Origin: Camelus ferus
Taxonomy: Eukaryota
Direction: 5' to 3'
Assembly: GCF_009834535.1 (NCBI RefSeq)
Contig: NC_045696.1
Location: 119,166,001-119,230,000 of the forward strand
Length of the DNA stretch: 64,000 nucleotides
In this document: positions 37,452 to 49,900 of the stretch, piece by piece
Position numbering within the stretch: the stretch's first letter is position 1
How the letters are laid out: each line of letters starts with the position of its first letter
Program-made: the position numbers and the translations under genes
Notes under the pieces: generated by a model
What the model was told of the DNA's origin: nothing
The model's database searches: none
What the model saw: the letters and a program-made list of their open reading frames with translations, nothing else

Positions 37452-37500
<49 letters not shown>
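37452..37500. repeat. (TG)n microsatellite
   Basis: Direct read. Confidence 0.98.
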
Positions 37501-37503
<3 letters not shown>

Positions 37504-37592
37504 CACATCAGTATCTCATGGGTTGTTCAATAATTAGTTAAATTAGTCATTGACACCTGCCTCATTCTATGTTTTTATCAGAATTCTGTTTT

Positions 37593-37726
37593 TTTTTTTC
37601 TTTAACTTTTTTTGGGGGAGGTAATTTGGCTTTATTTATTTATTTATTTAATGGAGATATGGGACTGAACCCAGGACCTCACGCATGCTAAGCCCACGCT
37701 CCACCACTGAGCTACACCTTCTCCGC
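37593..37726 (-). mobile_element. Vic-1-like SINE, long form
   Basis: Reverse-complement SINE; TSD agaattctgtttt (37580-37592, 37733-37745). Confidence 0.9.
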
Positions 37727-40109
37727 TGTATAAGAATTCTGTTTTGAACATTCTGAAAATTATCCACTTTAAGGCCCAGGGTGCCAGCCTGGCCTGTGCC
37801 CCTGGTTTTCAGATAAAAAAAAGGCAGACGAGACAGCGTGCACACCAGGGCAGCACTGACGTCTCTGACCCAGGGTCTGCCTCCGGGCGCGTGTCCCGGA
37901 GCCTCTCACCTGGTCTTCTCTCCATAGAGACGCAGGTCATGGTCATGGGCAGCAGAGCGGGAGGGAGCTCCCCACCCTGGAGAACCTAGGTGTGTGGAGG
38001 CGGTCTCCCCATTTGTCCCTGTCCTGTCAGTCTGTGGCCGAGGGCTGGACCTGGGAGGAGCCAGAGTTCTGGCTTTAATGCTGGTGGGGGCTTCAGTTCT
38101 AAGCCAGTGGCCACGCCAACCAGGAGACGAGGGACCAACCGATAGGACTGGGACCCCTTCCGTCTGCAACTCTTTTCCGTTGTCAGATGTGATGTCTGGA
38201 GAAAACACCGCCTCTGGTGCACAGAGCGTTGGGGACTGGCGGCCCGTCCAGGGTCAACAGCTGTTCCAGCTGGGGGTAGACTTTTACACGTGTGTAAATT
38301 TTACTGTCATCGCCTGGGTAGAAAACCACAGGAGCTCCTTGGGAAGAAAGACAGTAGAAATTAGTTGTGTATTTTCAGTAAATATTTAATGAATAGCTGG
38401 GGCTACGTGTATATGTGTGGTGGTGACACTTGTTAATTGCCGGTCACTTAGGCCCAGATGAAACTGTGTCACCGGCGGCTGCTGCCTCCAGCCATGACTT
38501 TTTATCTGGGTCATCACTTTGTGTGAGAGAACGCCTCCTGTTCCCCTGACAAGTAGATCCGTCTTGCGATGAGCTGGTAATTAACTCATTTTGTCATTGT
38601 GCCTTCACGCAGGCTAAGCTCACGGTCTTCTTCGCACCGTAGAATTGAACTCAAAGTGATTAGATTTTTTTTTCCCTTAAGAACAATAGCCCAGTATTAT
38701 TTTGCCATCAAATGTTTCAAGTTTGCGGAACCTTTGGATGGAGGACATGGACAGAAGCAGGGAAAGGAGATGTGATTATTTCCCGCGATTAGGAAACACA
38801 AAGTCGTTTGCATCTGTGTCATGTGAAATTAGCTGAAGATGCCGCAGTTCGCCAGCCCCTCCCCAGCACGATTTCGCACAGAGGGTGGAGGGAGCCGAGT
38901 GAAGCTGACTCTCTTCCTTTCTGTGTGGCCTCAGGATTCTCTGAGCACTGGGGCTGAGCAAGTTAAATCTGGGCTGCTGCTCTGTGTTTCTTCCTTTTGT
39001 AGCCTGCTGTGCTCCATCCAACCAGCCCTTTATGTAAATTATTTATTATGGACTACAGAATATTTGAAATGCAAATTTATGGGCAGACTTGGAGAGAAGG
39101 TTTTCCAAACCAAATGCTCGAGAGATGGAGTTGCAAGGCTGCAGAAGAGCTTCGGTGCTGCCTCTGTTTCTCTGGGACAAAGACTGGGCCCGCCAGGTAC
39201 TCCCAGGGCCTGTCTTGCGTGGCTGGGGGATTTGTGGGACCCCCTTGGAAATTCCTGTTCCCCAGAGTTCCCAGAGGATGGCTAAGAAGACGGGGTGATC
39301 TCTGTCTAATAAGGAGCCTGCATGTTCGTCTTCAAATGACTTTACGTTCTTCGGAGCTTCTTGGGAGAGCGTCTGCATGTTTGGAAAACACTTTAAAGTT
39401 TGCAGAGCCATTGCACACGCTGTCTGGTTTGTGCTTCACGTGTTTCCATTTAAGAGGCCACACTGGCAATGTTGTCACCCTTCTAGACCCTGGGAAGCAG
39501 CTCAGAGAGGACGGAGACTTTGCCAGGGGCTGGGATTGCTGAATGATGGGGCCTGGCCCATCCTTCCAAGGGGAGGGGCCTCCAGTGGGCGGCCTGGGAC
39601 TGGGGAGGGGCAGGAAGGTTCTGGGGCCACCCCTGGAGACGGGTGGTATAGAATGAGGGCCCGAAACAGTGAGTGATGGGCACTTGTCAGGGCGGAGGGC
39701 CTGGTGGACTGTGCGGTTCCTGGTGTGGATGGGAGTGTGGATGGAAGGCTCAAGGCTGAGAAGGAGCCATGTCCAGATTGGCTGGAGTGTGAGCTGCATG
39801 GAGGGAGGGGAAGCTGTTCTGGGCGGGGCTGTTTGTTGCAGGAAAGGGAGCCCTACTCAGGGCAGCTCAGGTGAGTCAAGGGGTTTACTATAAAGATGCA
39901 GGAAATGGCCTGGGCCTCAGGCCCCGGGGGCAGGAATACAGAAGAGGAAAAAAGAAAATTAGTTGGTCTCTCTCTGTATTATGTGCTGCTGGCTCATATT
40001 TATGCATTTATGCATTGAATTTTAAATGTGATTTTACTCCACAGAGGGAATCCCCCTACATGCCAAGTACACCCTGTGCTAAAGGGCTTTACAAGAACTA
40101 TACTCTTTC

Positions 40110-40665
40110 TTTTTAATTTCTTTTTATTTATTAATTTTTTTTTAAAGTAGAGTTGATTCACAATGTTGTGTTAGTTTCTGGTGTACAGTACAGTGATTCA
40201 GTTATACTTACATACATATATGTGTATTCTTTTCATATTCTTTTCCATTATAGGCCATTATAAGATATTGAATATAATTCCCTGTGCTGTACAGTAGGTC
40301 TTCGTTGTTTATCTGTTTTATACATAGTCATGTGTATCCACAAATCCCAAACTCCTAATTTATCCCTCCTCCTCAACCCCTTTCCCCTTTGGTAACGACA
40401 GTTTGTTGTCTATGTCTGTGAGTCTCTTTCTGTTTTGTAAATAAGTTCATTTGTGTCTTTTTTTAGATTCCACATATAAGTGATACCATAAGATACTTGT
40501 CTTTCTGTGTCTTAACTTCGCTTAGTGTGATCATCTCTAGGTTTTTCCATATTACTGCAAGTGACATTATTTCATTCTTTTCTATGGCTGAGTAGTATTC
40601 CATTGTGTATATATATATATCTTTATCCAGTCATCTGTTGATGGACATTTAGGTTTTTTCCATGT
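40110..40665 (-). mobile_element. L1 3' end inserted in a MIR
   Basis: gttagtttctggtgtacag..tagattccacatataagtgata..ttgatggacatttagg; MIR core (gaaactgaggcacaga) resumes at about 40700-40800. Confidence 0.9.
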
Positions 40666-41214
40666 ACAAGCACTCTACTCTTAAGCCCCATCTCCCCCTT
40701 CTGAACACTTATCCCCGTTTTACAGGGGGAGAAACTGAGGCACAGAGAACTACGCAGTTTGCCCAGTGTTACATTGGGAAAGGGGGTCCTGGGATTGGAA
40801 CACAGCCTATTGGACTTGGAGGCCCATTCTGGACCTTGGGGCCCTGCTGCCTCTTCTGCAGAGCCCTCAGGGATGAAGGGGGTGCCGCCTGAGCCAGAAG
40901 GTGGGGTTGGATGTGAGGGTCACTGCGTCTGGTACATGGGAACAGATTTTGGAGCAACTGAAAGGCCTCCCCTCTGGAGGCTGGGGCTCCAGGCCTGGCT
41001 GCCCAGGGGAGAAAGCCACACTCCTGGCCGCTGTCCCAGGAGACTTCCGGGCCTCGCCCTCAGGCCCTCTGCTCTGGGCTGTCTGTCTCAGAGTCACTCC
41101 TTTTCTGGTAGGCCTGCATGATCTACTGAGAACTAGGTTCGTTTTACACTGGACCATGGAGCCTTTAAGATGAGGACTCTGAGGGGAGGCAAGGCCGACC
41201 CTGCCCTGCGGGGG

Positions 41215-41693
41215 TGTTGCCAGAGAACAGGTTCTTGTCTCGTGCAGGAAAGCATCCAAGTGCAAGCCACGGGAAAGTAAAAGCAGGTTTGTTTAGAGAG
41301 ACACACATTCCACAGGCAGATGTGGCCCATCTCAGAAGAGAGAGTGGCCATGAGGCATGGAGGTGGTTAGTTTTTCTGGGCTGGGTAATTTCATGTGCTA
41401 GCACATGGGAGGATTTTTCCAATTACGTTGGCAATGGGCGGGGATTCCCAGGAATTGGACCCCTGCCCACTTTTTGGCTTTTTGCAGTCAGCCTGGGAAC
41501 TGTCCTGTCACCTGTGGGTGTGTCATTTAGCAGTTAATACATTACAACGAGTCTATAATGAGGCTCAAAGTCCCCTGGAAGTTGAATCTTCCGCCATCTT
41601 GGGCCTGGTTGGTTCTAACCAGTTTATGTCCTGTCCTCAATGGCTGTGTCATTCTTTCAATGGTTATGCCCTGCCCTCTTCCCTCCTGTCTCA
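41215..41693 (-). mobile_element. ERV1 solo LTR, MER41-like
   Basis: TG..CA ends with a gggg TSD on both sides; minus strand shows MER41 landmarks in order: ccaagatggcg, cctcattata, ctgctaaatgacacacccac, gacagtt, ttcctgggaa..cccgccc, cttttacttt, gcacgagacaagaacc, ggcaaca. Confidence 0.8.
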
Positions 41694-44329
41694 GGGGGAC
41701 AACTCAGGGTCAGAAACTCAGTGCTGGATTTAACTCCATGCATTGCCCTTCAGAAAATTAAATGATGCTGTTCACGTCTTGTCCTAAGGAAAGGAACCTG
41801 ATGGATATTTTAAATCTCAATGTCTCCTTGTAATGAAGCAGAATATCCCAAATCTCCAGGATTATGACACGCCACCTGTGGTATAGACGAGATGCAGCAC
41901 TGACTCTCTGGCTGATGGCTGAGTACTCGGGGCTTCATTTCTACACACGCAGTGCAGAGTCTGACTTTAATTCGTGTAAGATGCCGATTGCGGGGGCAAG
42001 GAGAATGACATTAAAAAGGCATCCTCTTCCTCGCTGCACCCCCCAACCTACTCTCAAACCAACAGAATCATGGCATTTTTAAGAGGCTAGTCTGGTAGGG
42101 GTCGGGGAGGAGCTAAGGCCAAAGGGGGTGTTGTTCTAGGAATGAAGGTGCCCTTTGGTGTGGACAGAAGGGGGCTGGGGGTGGGACTGGGCAGAGAAGA
42201 GGCAGAGTGTCCTGCTCACCGGTGTCCTTCCCACATGACACCCCAGGGACTGGAGTGGCATGTGGGGTCATTTGTGAGGAGGAGGGGCACACAGTCTGAA
42301 GAGACATTTGGGGGCAAGAGTAATGGGGTTGGTCATGGGCCTGTGAGGACTGAGAGGCTGGTGGGACACTCGAGTGAACATTCCAGAAGGCAGGTGTGGC
42401 TGGGCTGGAACTCAGGAGGCGGCTAGGAGTGGAGATGTGGTTGTCTGAGGTGCAGGTGAGGTGGTGAGGACGTGGTTCCGGGGCTCATCTTGGGGGCACA
42501 TGCCCGTCTCCAGAGGGCAGTGACCGCTCAGCCTCGACTCATCGCTGCCCAGTGGGAAATACAGACCCAGCGTCTCAGGATTTTCTGTTTGGTTGGCTGG
42601 CTGGTTTGCTTCGTTTGAGAGAAGTTGATCGTGTTTTTCATTTTCTTATTGGGAAGGCTCTTGGTTTCTCAATGTAAGCAGCTAGATCAGTTTAAAATCT
42701 TCAAGATCTAGGCTAGCGTTTCTTAGGTTATCTCTGCTGAAGAATTGGTGTTGGCTGGTTTATTCGTTTGGTTTTGCCCCCAGTCCATGAAGGTGTGATG
42801 CTTTTGTCAAGGATGATGGAAACACCGCGGCAACAATGAAGACATCAGGAGTTAAAAATCAACTTGGAATTTCTTAAAATGGCATTTAGATGTGCACAAA
42901 ACAGGGCAGCTTGTTGTGGCCTCTGGGGGCAGCCTGTGGCCACCAGGCCTGCATTCCTCTGTAGTCTCTACAGAGAAATCGCCCCAAATCCAAGGAGTCA
43001 GAAACTATTCTAGGGCCTGGTGGAGCAGACAGAAGACTGGAGAGGACACCGAACATACACCGGAGGGAGGTGGCAGGTGTCTGCACAAGAACGCTTTGTT
43101 CCAGACAGAAATTAGGCCTGGACGTAACACTGTCTTAGGGTACCTTCCTGCCCTCCTGGGTTGCTTTTGGCATCTTGGAAAGGCTAATCTCTCCCCCATC
43201 CCCACTTGGTGGGAGGTTGGAAGTTCCAGGGCTCATGTAACTTCACCTGAGGCCAGGTGTTTGGGTGGGCGCGAGGCCAGCTCAGGAGCTCCTGTAGGTG
43301 AGGGACAGATGTCTGCTTCTCCAGGACACTGCTGTGGCCATGAGACATCTGAGATGTACTTTGTTCCCATAGCTACTAATGTAGGCCCTAGTGGGGGTCT
43401 GCAATGGACGTGCTGAGATAACCACCACCTTCTGCCTCCGAACTGTGCTTACAGCAGACAGTCGTCTTCCTTTAAGGCCGAGGTGAAGCTAAGAGGGCCT
43501 TCTGAGCCATCACTTCCTGTGATGTTCCTCAGAAAAAGAGGTTCTGCAGTCCAGAATGTTTGGAAAACATGCGTGGTATAAGCCCCCTTGAGGGTCATGA
43601 TGATCCTTGGAGGAGTCAAGGCACTGACAACGTCTGCAGCAAGAAACCTGCTGACTTCGCTTCTCTCAGCATTTCTTAACTCAGCATTTCTCAAAGGTCA
43701 TTTAATAACTTTCCCCTTGCTCCTCCTCCTCCTCAAATACCTATTATATTATATCATGAAGCATACTGGGGAAAATGCACCAAATCAGCAAGGAACTCAT
43801 GGACCACTTATGGATGCTGGACAATCACAGATAGTCAGAAGGTGGTGGGAGCAGCCTCCTCTCTTTTTATACTGAGTTCCTGATACTCACTGTCTCCAAC
43901 CGCACAGAACTGCCATAAGCCCGCAGCAGTTGAGTCCTTGATTGTATTTCCTTGGTTCTTTCTGCCCAGATTCTTGCCCCAGAGAGACATGTGCTTGGCA
44001 CCTCTGTCATTCTCTTTGCTTCTTCAATAACAGACATAGCAGTCTGCTAACACATCGTCAGCAAAAACTGGGTCCTTGGGTTTGTTGACAGCTGTGGAAT
44101 TGTAGAGAGTGCTCTGCTGTCTGGGTCCGCCCCAGCTTATCTGATCTCCATCTCTTAATAGAAATACTGGCTTCTTGGATTTTTTTCCCCTTTGACTTTC
44201 TTCGCCCAGCCCCAGCCCTGGACGACTTCTACCACAGTTGTTAATCAGATCTTCAAATATATTGTTTTTTCCATTTTTGTTAATCTCTCCCCTACTGTCA
44301 CTAATCAAAAGTGACATTTTATTCCTTAA

Positions 44330-44950
44330 CTGTGCTGTCCAATAAAATACCATTTGAGCCACCTGTGTCGTGTAAAATTTTCTAGTAGCCCTGTTAAAAA
44401 AGTAAAAACAAAGGCGAAATTAATTTTAGTAATATATTCTGTTGAACTCAATATATCCAAAATGCTCTGTGTTCAGCGTGTGATGAGATTATTTTGTTCT
44501 TTTTTTTTTTTTAAACAAACTAATAAATCTTCAAAGTGTGGTGTGTAATTTACACCTGTATCACATCTCAAGTTGGATGCTAAATTTTCAATACAGTGAA
44601 ATGTCCTACAAATTCGAGTTGTGAGTGGGGAGGGTAGAGCTCAGCAGTAGAGCGCATGCTCAGCATGCATGAGGTCCTGGGTTCGAGCCCCAGTCCCTCC
44701 GTTAAAATAAATAACTAAGTAAACCTAATCACCTCCCCCCAAACCAAACAAACAAATAAATAAAACAAAAGGAAAATATCTTTAAAAAAATTGAGTTGTG
44801 TTTAACAGAAAAAGTATTTTCTGCAGCTTCAGTCTTTAACTTGAATTTAAATTAATTATAATGCGATAAAATTAAGAATTCAGCCACTTTGTGCAGTCGC
44901 ACTTGTGCAAAGCCACATGTGGCTGTTGGCTACTGTCTTGGACAACGTAG
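44330..44950. mobile_element. hAT-Charlie element (MER33/Charlie1-like), interrupted by a SINE
   Basis: Ends ctgtgctgtccaat..ttggacaacgtag; agccacatgtggctgttggctactgt. Confidence 0.72.
44627..44788 (+). mobile_element. Vic-1-like SINE, long form
   Basis: Head with B box ggttcgagccc; TSD aaatt(c)gagttgtg. Confidence 0.9.
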
Positions 44951-45590
44951 TTCTGTAGGACTCACTTACTTAACAGTTCCCTGTGTTTTCTGAGTCGACA
45001 CAAAATGTTTGTGATTACGAGTCTTGTCCGCCACAAAGAGAAGGAGCATATATTAGAAAACCAAAGAAAACTTTCCCCATGAAAAGATCCACAAAATAGA
45101 TTGGGGCCAACTTTACTCTATAACCTTTAGGAATGTATTTGAAATAATTAAATTTCCTTTTGGAATATTAATTATTGATTTAGTTCTTCATGCATATTTT
45201 AAATTCTATAAAAATACGTAAATTTGGAAACAGTGCTTTTCCCCCCCTGTGTTTACATGTCAGGAAACAATTTTTATTCCTACGCTTTTATGCATCTTTG
45301 CTGTTGGTGTCTCTATCATCACCAGAGGGTCTTTGGGGAGCATCTGACACAGATTTCAAGCTCGTGGTGTTTACTTTCATCCACGTTGTGTGGAATTCAG
45401 CACTTCTTATATTCATGAATGGTGCTATCAATGGAAGCTCTACCCCAGGTCCTAAGTGCCCATTCATTTAACATTAGGAGAATTTTTTTCTTATCCATCT
45501 CACATATGAATAAGAAATCTCCATAAGGCAACCACTTTACTCTGTGTTGCTCTTTTTAGAAGTCTCTTTATTAAAAATAACATGAATAAT

Positions 45591-45697
45591 GGGAGAGTGT
45601 AGCTCAGTGGTAGAGCATGTGTCTAGCATGCCCAAGGTCCTGGGTTCAATCCCCAGTCTCTCCATTAAAAAAAAAACCTAAATACCGCCCCCACCCC
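45591..45697 (+). mobile_element. Vic-1-like SINE inside an old antisense L1 3' end (about 45560-46040)
   Basis: A and B boxes; perfect TSD aaataacatgaata. Confidence 0.9.
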
Positions 45698-46672
45698 AAA
45701 TAACATGAATACAGTAGAGGACATAAATCATAAGTGTACAGCTCAGTGAGTTTGCACAATGTGAACTCTCCTGAGTAACCAGCACCCAGGTCCAGAAACA
45801 GAACAGCTCAGGGACCTCCCTGTGGCCACTCCCATCACTCCTCCCCCATCCCCCCAAAGGTAGCCTCAGTCTAGTTTCTAACACCAAAGATTAGCTTCGC
45901 TTGGTTTTGGGCTTCATGTAAGTGTCATCTTTTATAAATGACATCTCTTACTTAATACACTGAGGTTCATTCATGTCCCAAGAGTTCACTTTGTTCATTT
46001 ACTTTTGCACGTAGAATTCCTTGCATTGCTTTGTAAAGTGATCTTTGAGAAGCATGCTTACTACAGCTCCCAGAGTTTTTGTTTCCTGCTCTGGCAATTA
46101 TTTTAAATTTTTTTGAATGTATTTCCTTCCTCTTAAAAAATCAAGCCCATCTGATGACTTCAGTAAACGTCCCAGACCAGCTTTGATGAGCGTGCACTTT
46201 CCCCAGTAAACATTTGTTGTTCCGCTTACAGTGACAGAGAGTCCTTGTGTCCTGAGAGACTTGGTAGAAGTCTGTAAATGTATGAAGTAACTCCCTCTTT
46301 TCTGAGAAATAACATTTAGGGGGTAAAACCCAGGGGATATCCAGGATCCATCCAGGAGGAGACGCAGCATGGGGTTATGTATGGACGGTGAATTTCCCCT
46401 TTCGGCTTCCTAGGAGTCTGGTCGTCAAGTTGTAGTTTGTGAAAATTGCCTAACGCTTGGCGGGGAAGATCACTTTTATGGGCTTCCTCCCCTACCCCAA
46501 CCCCAGGATATCCACTTGGCCAGCTCCTTCCCTCCCTTGACATCTCAGCTCAAGATCACCTCCTTGTGCCCGCCCACCCTGCCCACTATTTAAAAAAGAG
46601 CCCCTTATCCCCTGCCCCTCCCCATCCTAGTGATTGCCTTTTCTCTTCTGTTTCACTTGTATCTGTACCTCT

Positions 46673-46980
46673 TTTTTTTTTAATTTACTTTTACTTAAAA
46701 TTTTTTTTAATTGAAGCATAGTCAGTTTGCAGCGTTGCGTCAATTTCTGGTGCACAGCATCACGTTTCAGTCATATATGAACATGCATCTGTTTCCATAC
46801 GCTTTTTCATTACAGGTTATGACAAGATATTGAATATAGTTCCCTGTGCTGTACAGGAGGTCCTTATTGTGTATCTGTTTTATACGTAGTAGTTAGTATC
46901 TGCAAATCTCCAACTCCCAATTTATCCCTTCCCACCGCCTTCCCCCCGGTAACCATAAGTTTGTTTTCTGTGTCTGTGAG
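46673..46980 (-). mobile_element. L1 3' end
   Basis: ttaattgaagcatagtcagtt..tagttccctgtgctgtacag; TSD tgtacctct (46664-46672, 46981-46989). Confidence 0.9.
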
Positions 46981-48753
46981 TGTACCTCTCTTCCTCACCT
47001 CAGAGATTTTACTCTTTTTAATTTAATTATTGCATTTATTATTTCCTGTCTCTTTTTTTTTCATGCTAAAACGTGTGCTTACAGTAGATGCTGAGTGAAT
47101 GTTGATGGAAGGAGAGAGAGCTGTGGATTTCCAGGGCTTCAAACGTGTCAGGACTGTATAAGAACAGACACTCTTGGAAGTGAGGACGTGGAGACCGAGG
47201 GGATGGGCACTCACGTGTTTTCTCTTTCCTGTCCCTTGCAGTAGCTTTTGTCAGCGTGCAGGGTGGTTGAAACTTGTGGAGGAAGCCCTCCCGGCAAGTG
47301 ACTTGGGAGGGTTATAATGTCACTTGGTTCTACTCCATTCTCCCGGCAGACGTGTTTGCAAATACGGGATTTGCTGTCCTCACCAGGGAAGTTTCCAAAG
47401 CGGCATTCGTGGCGTGCAAGAAGTCTGTGTATTTTACGGGCGGGAAATGATGTGAGTGCTAATTATGCGCTGTCAGTGAACACATGGGGTAGCTGACGGG
47501 TTTACAGCCCAGGTGGAACTTTCCCATCTGCCTTGTTCCGAGGTGCTCAATGTCCCCGCCCGGTGAGACCTCCTGTCTGCCGGGTTTGTCTGGGACCCAG
47601 CACAGGCGATGAGTGGGAATTTGGACTCACCTCGTGAGATGTGGAGGGCAGGGTGCCTCATCTGAGAGATGGAGTTTATCCTGGCAGGTGGTTCTTTCCC
47701 AAAACTGGAAGGTTTCAATTTTATTGCCTGAGAGGATGTGGAATCTTTTCGGAGAGTTTTGAGAGCCAGTACGACAGGATGGGAACCCTGTAGTGCTTTC
47801 CTCTTTTCTGCCTTTGGGAGAATTCGCACTCTGAGAGCTGGATCCCATTAGGACCAGTCAGCAGGGCTGAAATGGCTTGGGGGGGGGGCACCTGTACACT
47901 AAGTTCTCAATAACTGAAACCGACATCCCTCCTCAAGGGGAGGTCTGGAACTTTAAAAGCCCAGTTCCAGAATGTACCCCTGGTTCCGGTAAAGGAAACC
48001 CACTGCTTAACTAATCACGGGCAGTCATTTAGGTGGGGCACATCATTTTCTCAAATTCTGGGTTTTCTTTTGTGTAAAATGAGTTTTTGCACATCAATCA
48101 TCTTGGATATTTTGTGATTCTCTGGTCAACCCGACTTTAAAATTATCTAGAAATGTGTGTAATTAATTCAGGGTTTTTGATGGTGGCATGCTGAATTCCA
48201 GTGCCATTTGCCCTCTTTTTGTGCAGTTTTGCTGGACACATATTAGTGTTCCCTGTGCTCTTTAGCCAGTAAATCGATGTTTGTTGATTGACAACTATTT
48301 TTGTCTCCCCCTTAACTAATAACTGTAATTGGAGTTCGATATAAAGATCATTATCTTTACAATTTTTTTTCTTTTCTTAAGGTTAAAATGTAAACATGGC
48401 CTTTTGATACTCTGATGGAAAAAATCTATTGTGAGGAAAACCTAAACTTTAAATGATTCACTTATGACTTCTTAAGTGTTTACAGTACTGAAAAATAAGA
48501 GAGATTACTGTTTTGTGGGTGGTGCTGTAATCTGTAGAAGTAACACAAGATACGTATGTTTGGAGAAATGGCCCACATATTCTAATTGCTATTTTAAATC
48601 TGGCCTAAGCAGTAAGAGAAGACAGGTTAAACCAAAATTTCCCGTCTAATTAATTACTTCCCAGTGCATGTCTCCATTCTGTTAGCTTTACAGCAGCCTT
48701 CGCAGGTACTGAAAAGGTAGGTACGGAGGATGGCTGCTAAGGGTGTAATTGGT

Positions 48754-48872
48754 GGGGGGAGGGCATAGCTTAGTGTAGAGGGTATGCTTAGCCTTTGTTA
48801 AGAAAAAACAAACATGAATAAAAACATAATTACCCCTTCCACAGAAAACAAACAAAAAAAGAATTAAAAGAA
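48754..48872 (+). mobile_element. Vic-1-like SINE with internal deletion
   Basis: Head ends at tgcttagc and jumps to the tail; TSD aagggtgtaattg/aaggatgtgattg. Confidence 0.75.
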
Positions 48873-48904
48873 AAGGATGTGATTGTTGGGGTAGCAGAGC
48901 TCTT

Positions 48905-49415
48905 TTCCCCCAGCTTTTTCGAGATGTAATTAACACAGAACATTGTGTGAGCTTAAGGTGTACGACACAATGATTTGATACACCTGTATATTCTGAAATG
49001 ATTCCCACATCAGAATTACCAGTTTCTTTGTGTGTGTGCTGAGAGTATTAACATCTGCTCTCTTAGCAAATTTCAGTTATACAGCACAGACACTGTTGTT
49101 GACTGCAGTCCACGTGGTGTAATGACCTCCCCGGAAGGTACTCATCTTAGAACTGGAAGGGTGCACCCTTTGACCAGGGGGCCCCTCATTTCCCACCCGC
49201 AAGCCTCTGTTAACCACCATTCTGCTCTGTTTCTGTGAGTTCAACTTTTTCAGAGTTCACCTGTAAGTGGTAATCTGTAGTCTTTGCCTTTCTCTGACAT
49301 CTTTCACTGAGCGTAATGCCCTCTGGGTCCATCCACGTTGTTGCAAATGACAGGATTTGCTTCTTTCTAGTGGATGAATAATGTCGCATTGTGCACACGC
49401 ACCACGTTTGCTTTA
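48905..49415 (-). mobile_element. L1MA8/9-like 3' end
   Basis: ttaaggtgtac..tctcttagcaaatttcagttatacag..gtccatccacgttgttgcaaatgacaggattt. Confidence 0.85.
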
Positions 49416-49457
49416 AGTGGGGACATTAGCCACAGCAGTGATAGGGACAGTAAGGAT

Positions 49458-49900
49458 TGTTGTGGGACAAGGCAGGCCAGTATGGTTGGTGGTAAAAGAA
49501 TTTACCAGAAACAAAGAAAAGTGAGGAAAAAAGTTTATTAGATACGCTGCTACGGGCACCAGCAGGCAGACAGATGAGGGGTGTCCATGTGCCCTGAGGG
49601 CAGAGTCTTAAGAGTCTTTTATAAGGAAGGGCCTGACCATCGACGTGTTTAAAGGAAGGGGGTCATGTTGAAGGTTTCCAGACATTAGTTGTTCTTCATC
49701 TAAAGGCTTGACTTCGTCACACCTGGAGGAAGGTTCAGTTTACCTTTAGGAGGAGATAGGCAGTCGGTAGGCTTGAGGAGTTTGGGGGGATGGAGTTTGT
49801 CAGGTCATAACTCAGCACTGTTAGTTGGACTAAAGCAACTACGCATTGGGAGAGGAATGTTCTTTGTGTTTTCTGGTTTATGTCTTATGATGTAAGGGAT
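49458..49900 (-). mobile_element. Probable ERV solo LTR, family not recognised
   Basis: tgttg terminus; minus-strand AATAAA (49534-49539) and TATAAAA (49617-49623) in LTR order; right boundary uncertain. Confidence 0.5.
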
